Of a stretch of 64,000 nucleotides of DNA, positions 61,121-64,000 are shown piece after piece (positions within the stretch are counted from its first letter, which is position 1; every line of letters begins with the position of its first letter). The DNA is from Leucoraja erinacea. Its lineage: Eukaryota. Made by a program: the position numbers and the translations under genes. The notes below the pieces were generated by a model. That model was not told where the DNA came from, searched no databases, and saw only the letters and a program-made list of their open reading frames with translations. The DNA lies in the NCBI RefSeq assembly GCF_028641065.1, contig NC_073401.1:8928001-8992000 (forward strand), given 5' to 3'.

Positions 61121-62562
61121 TGTTCAAACAATTCAATTATTGTTTGTTATTGTGGTGATAATTTTTTTTTTTAATTGTCAGTGGCTATATACTTTCAGAG
61201 CAGTCCAAATATGATATTTCACATTACATTTCAGTGAAGTTTAATTTTTGTACGTGAAAATAATTGTCCTTGATATTTAGTATAAAATGTGAATTCTATT
61301 TTACTTCCCATTTGAAGTGTAAAATTTTGTTCCTAAGATTTTGAAATATCACCGTTTAGTCTCCCATTAACCATCATAGGAACATTTAGTTACATGGATT
61401 ACCTTTTTTTCCATGTTAAATTAAGCATTCCTTCATTTTCTTCCAAAATCTTGCCAACACGTCAGTACAGGGAATTTAAGTGCCAAATTGGTGGTTGAAA
61501 TTTGACCCCAGTCAGTTATAGACCTTGTTTGAAAAATTATCTCAAACAGAGATATGGAGTATCTTGCCATGTCATGTAAAATATGATGGTGTAGATCCTT
61601 TTGATCTAGTTCCTTGCTGGGAATCACCACCCTCTGTCCTACTCACTGGCTGCACTTACCATGTCTGGATGCAGAATGCTGGTCTTCTAAACTCCAGGGA
61701 TGTGGTCTCAGCGCTGACAGAGGTCTTCTATCTTTTGCTTCAATTTTAATTGCATTTAAATGTCTTTAAATGTCAGAAAATCTTTTAAAAATTACACCAT
61801 ATCACATGTTTTTTAAAGGCATTTTGCTATCCATGAAATGCCTTTGCCAGTGTGCAATGTACATGCTATTTAAAGTTTTTAAATCTCTCTTGATATTTAG
61901 AACATGTTCCATTCATATCTGGAAGTGTGCATGCTATTGATAATTATTTCTAATAATTTCAAAATTCTCAACATTTTCTATTTACTAGGTCAAATGTAAG
62001 AAGCTAACATAAAGGTCAATTGAAAATTATTACAATAGAATGAAGTGTTTTTAAATAATTAAATATTATTAAAAAATAAAGTTAACTATATAATATCTAA
62101 AATAGTTAAAAGTATTATAGTATGGATACTTGGTGAGTGGCTCAGACTTGGAGAGGCAAAGGGTTTGATAAGTGTGCAGTATGACTTTAAAGCAAAGTAA
62201 TTTAAAAGTAAAGTGACTTTCTTTTTGACTCTTTAATCTTTTGTTTCAAATCCTGTCAGCACGGGATCAAAGGAGCAATTTTGCCCAGCTCTTTGTTGAA
62301 GGATGTCAGCAAAGTTGGGCTCTAAGTAAACTGACAGATTTAATTTTCTGAATCTAAACAGTTTCTGGTTGTCTAATTTGACAGCATGTGCTCAGAATTC
62401 TGAGGGTTACTTTTAAATGAATGACTAATGCCAATTATTCCATTTCAAATGCCAGTTAGAATTTTGTCGATAAAGATCGAATTTTATATCAATTTAAAAA
62501 ATATATATTGTTAAGCCTTTAACATTTACCAAATGAAATTATTTAAAAACTCTTTGTTCCAG

Positions 62563-62624
62563 GTTTGACAGAGCCAGTTCTCATCCGATTGGATGTAGAC
62601 ACTAAACTGAATGATCAGTTACGG
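62563..62624 (+). CDS. DDX54: DDX54 exon 9
   Basis: GLTEPVLIRLDVDTKLNDQLR; 62 bp. Confidence 0.95.
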
Positions 62625-63737
62625 GTAAGAGGCTTATTTTTAATAATTATTTGGTATGCATAAATGCACGTGTAGTATTTTGGAGGATGTAAGCGAGGTA
62701 CTACATGAAACTGAGGGAAGACCTGATGTAAATTTGTAAAATTATGAGTGACATAGATATAGACTGTGAGAACTTTATTCCAGGGTGGAAATGTCAAAGA
62801 CATGTGCATGGTTTTAAGGTGAAAGGGGGCAGTTTGAAAGGAGATGTATGGGGCAGTTTTATTTTTTAGTGTTGTTGGGTGTCTGGGCACTCTGAAGGGT
62901 GGAGATTGATGTTTAAGGGGCTTTGAGATAGCCATATGAATATGCAGGGAATAGAGGGGTAGGGATCCTTTGCAGGCAGATGGTTAGTTTAGCGTGACAT
63001 CTTGTCGGCACAGACATTGGGTGCCAAAGGGCTTGTTCCTGTGCTGTACTTCTCTGTGATCTGTGTGAAATACTACCTGTTAATTCATTTTTATGTTTCC
63101 TGAACAGCACTTAAAAAAAAAAAATTATGCGCGGTTGTTTTAATTACATCAGTATTGATTTGTGAAAATCCTGCATCTTTATAACTGGGTTTTCCATTTG
63201 ACCTCAGTTTATTGCAGCACTAATGGGAAAATGATTACTAATTTTACATTGTTTCGAATGAATTACTGCTAAACTGGAAATGTTGTAAGTTCATGGTATT
63301 GCAAGAAAATATACAGTTGCACAGGCAGAGTCTTACAGATATGAATAAAACCTGGACAGTATTCAGGGACATCATAAATTAAAAAATATAGGGCAAGTTT
63401 TTAGAATGTTTATGTGATTATAAATGACCAAATTGACTGCCTAATGTATGTTTTAAGGAGAAACAGAAATACAGGTGTTGATTGATTAAAAAAAAAAAAA
63501 AGACAACGTACTGGAGGAACTCAGAGGGTCAGGCAGCATCTCTAGAGAACATTGATATGGGTGGGGAGAAAGCTATATGAGAGCTATATGAAAGGCTGGC
63601 AAGTGTTAGGTAAACCAAGGAGTTGCGTTGGGCAGATGTGACAAGTGGTGGGATAATGTTGAAGGTTTTAAGTGTTTTTATAAAAACAACAAATTGTGGC
63701 TATGCACTTGTATTAAAATATGTTCAATATTTTACAG

Positions 63738-63869
63738 CTGGCATTTTTTCACGTAAGATCTGATGACAAGTCATCTGTTTTGCTCTACTTGTTAAGAAAT
63801 GTTATCAAACCTCAAGAACAGACCGTTGTTTTTGTAGCTACCAAACATCACGTGGAATACATAAAAGAG
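63738..63869 (+). CDS. DDX54: DDX54 exon 10 (motif IV); gene continues beyond the window
   Basis: QTVVFVATKHHVEY; 132 bp, CAG|...|GTTTGT. Confidence 0.95.
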
Positions 63870-64000
63870 GTTTGTAGCAAATATGAAGTTGGACACATAT
63901 AATTCAACTAAATCTTATCCTTAATGCAATAAAACGCATTTCTTCATTTCACAAAGGTTATTCCGTATGACGGGATTCAACAAAGACTAGATACTAAAAC

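Overview
Eukaryotic, intron-rich, repeat-rich vertebrate DNA. The repeat landscape (V-SINE/HE1-type SINEs, CR1, Rex1/Babar, very abundant Penelope terminal repeats) suggests a cartilaginous fish, probably a skate/ray (inference). Four genes are supported: the first coding exon of TPCN1 (-), complete IQCD/DRC10 (+, 4 coding exons, 433 aa), complete RITA1 (-, 2 coding exons, 288 aa) and coding exons 1-10 of DDX54 (+, continues beyond the window). They form two head-to-head pairs on CpG-island promoters, in the same order and relative orientation as I recall for human 12q24.13. The rest is largely nested mobile DNA. It includes a CGGBP-like hAT with TIRs and an 8-bp TSD, a Helitron with two minisatellites, two Tc1 copies, a THAP-bearing GGG/TA-ended fold-back transposon, hAT-like MITEs with a 5-bp TSD, Harbinger MITEs and an R2-like remnant away from rDNA. 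There are also roughly 15-20 Penelope-derived units carrying minimal hammerhead-ribozyme cores, two of which ride inside a DNA-transposon family. One 140-N assembly gap is present. All calls were made by eye from the sequence; no database searches were run.
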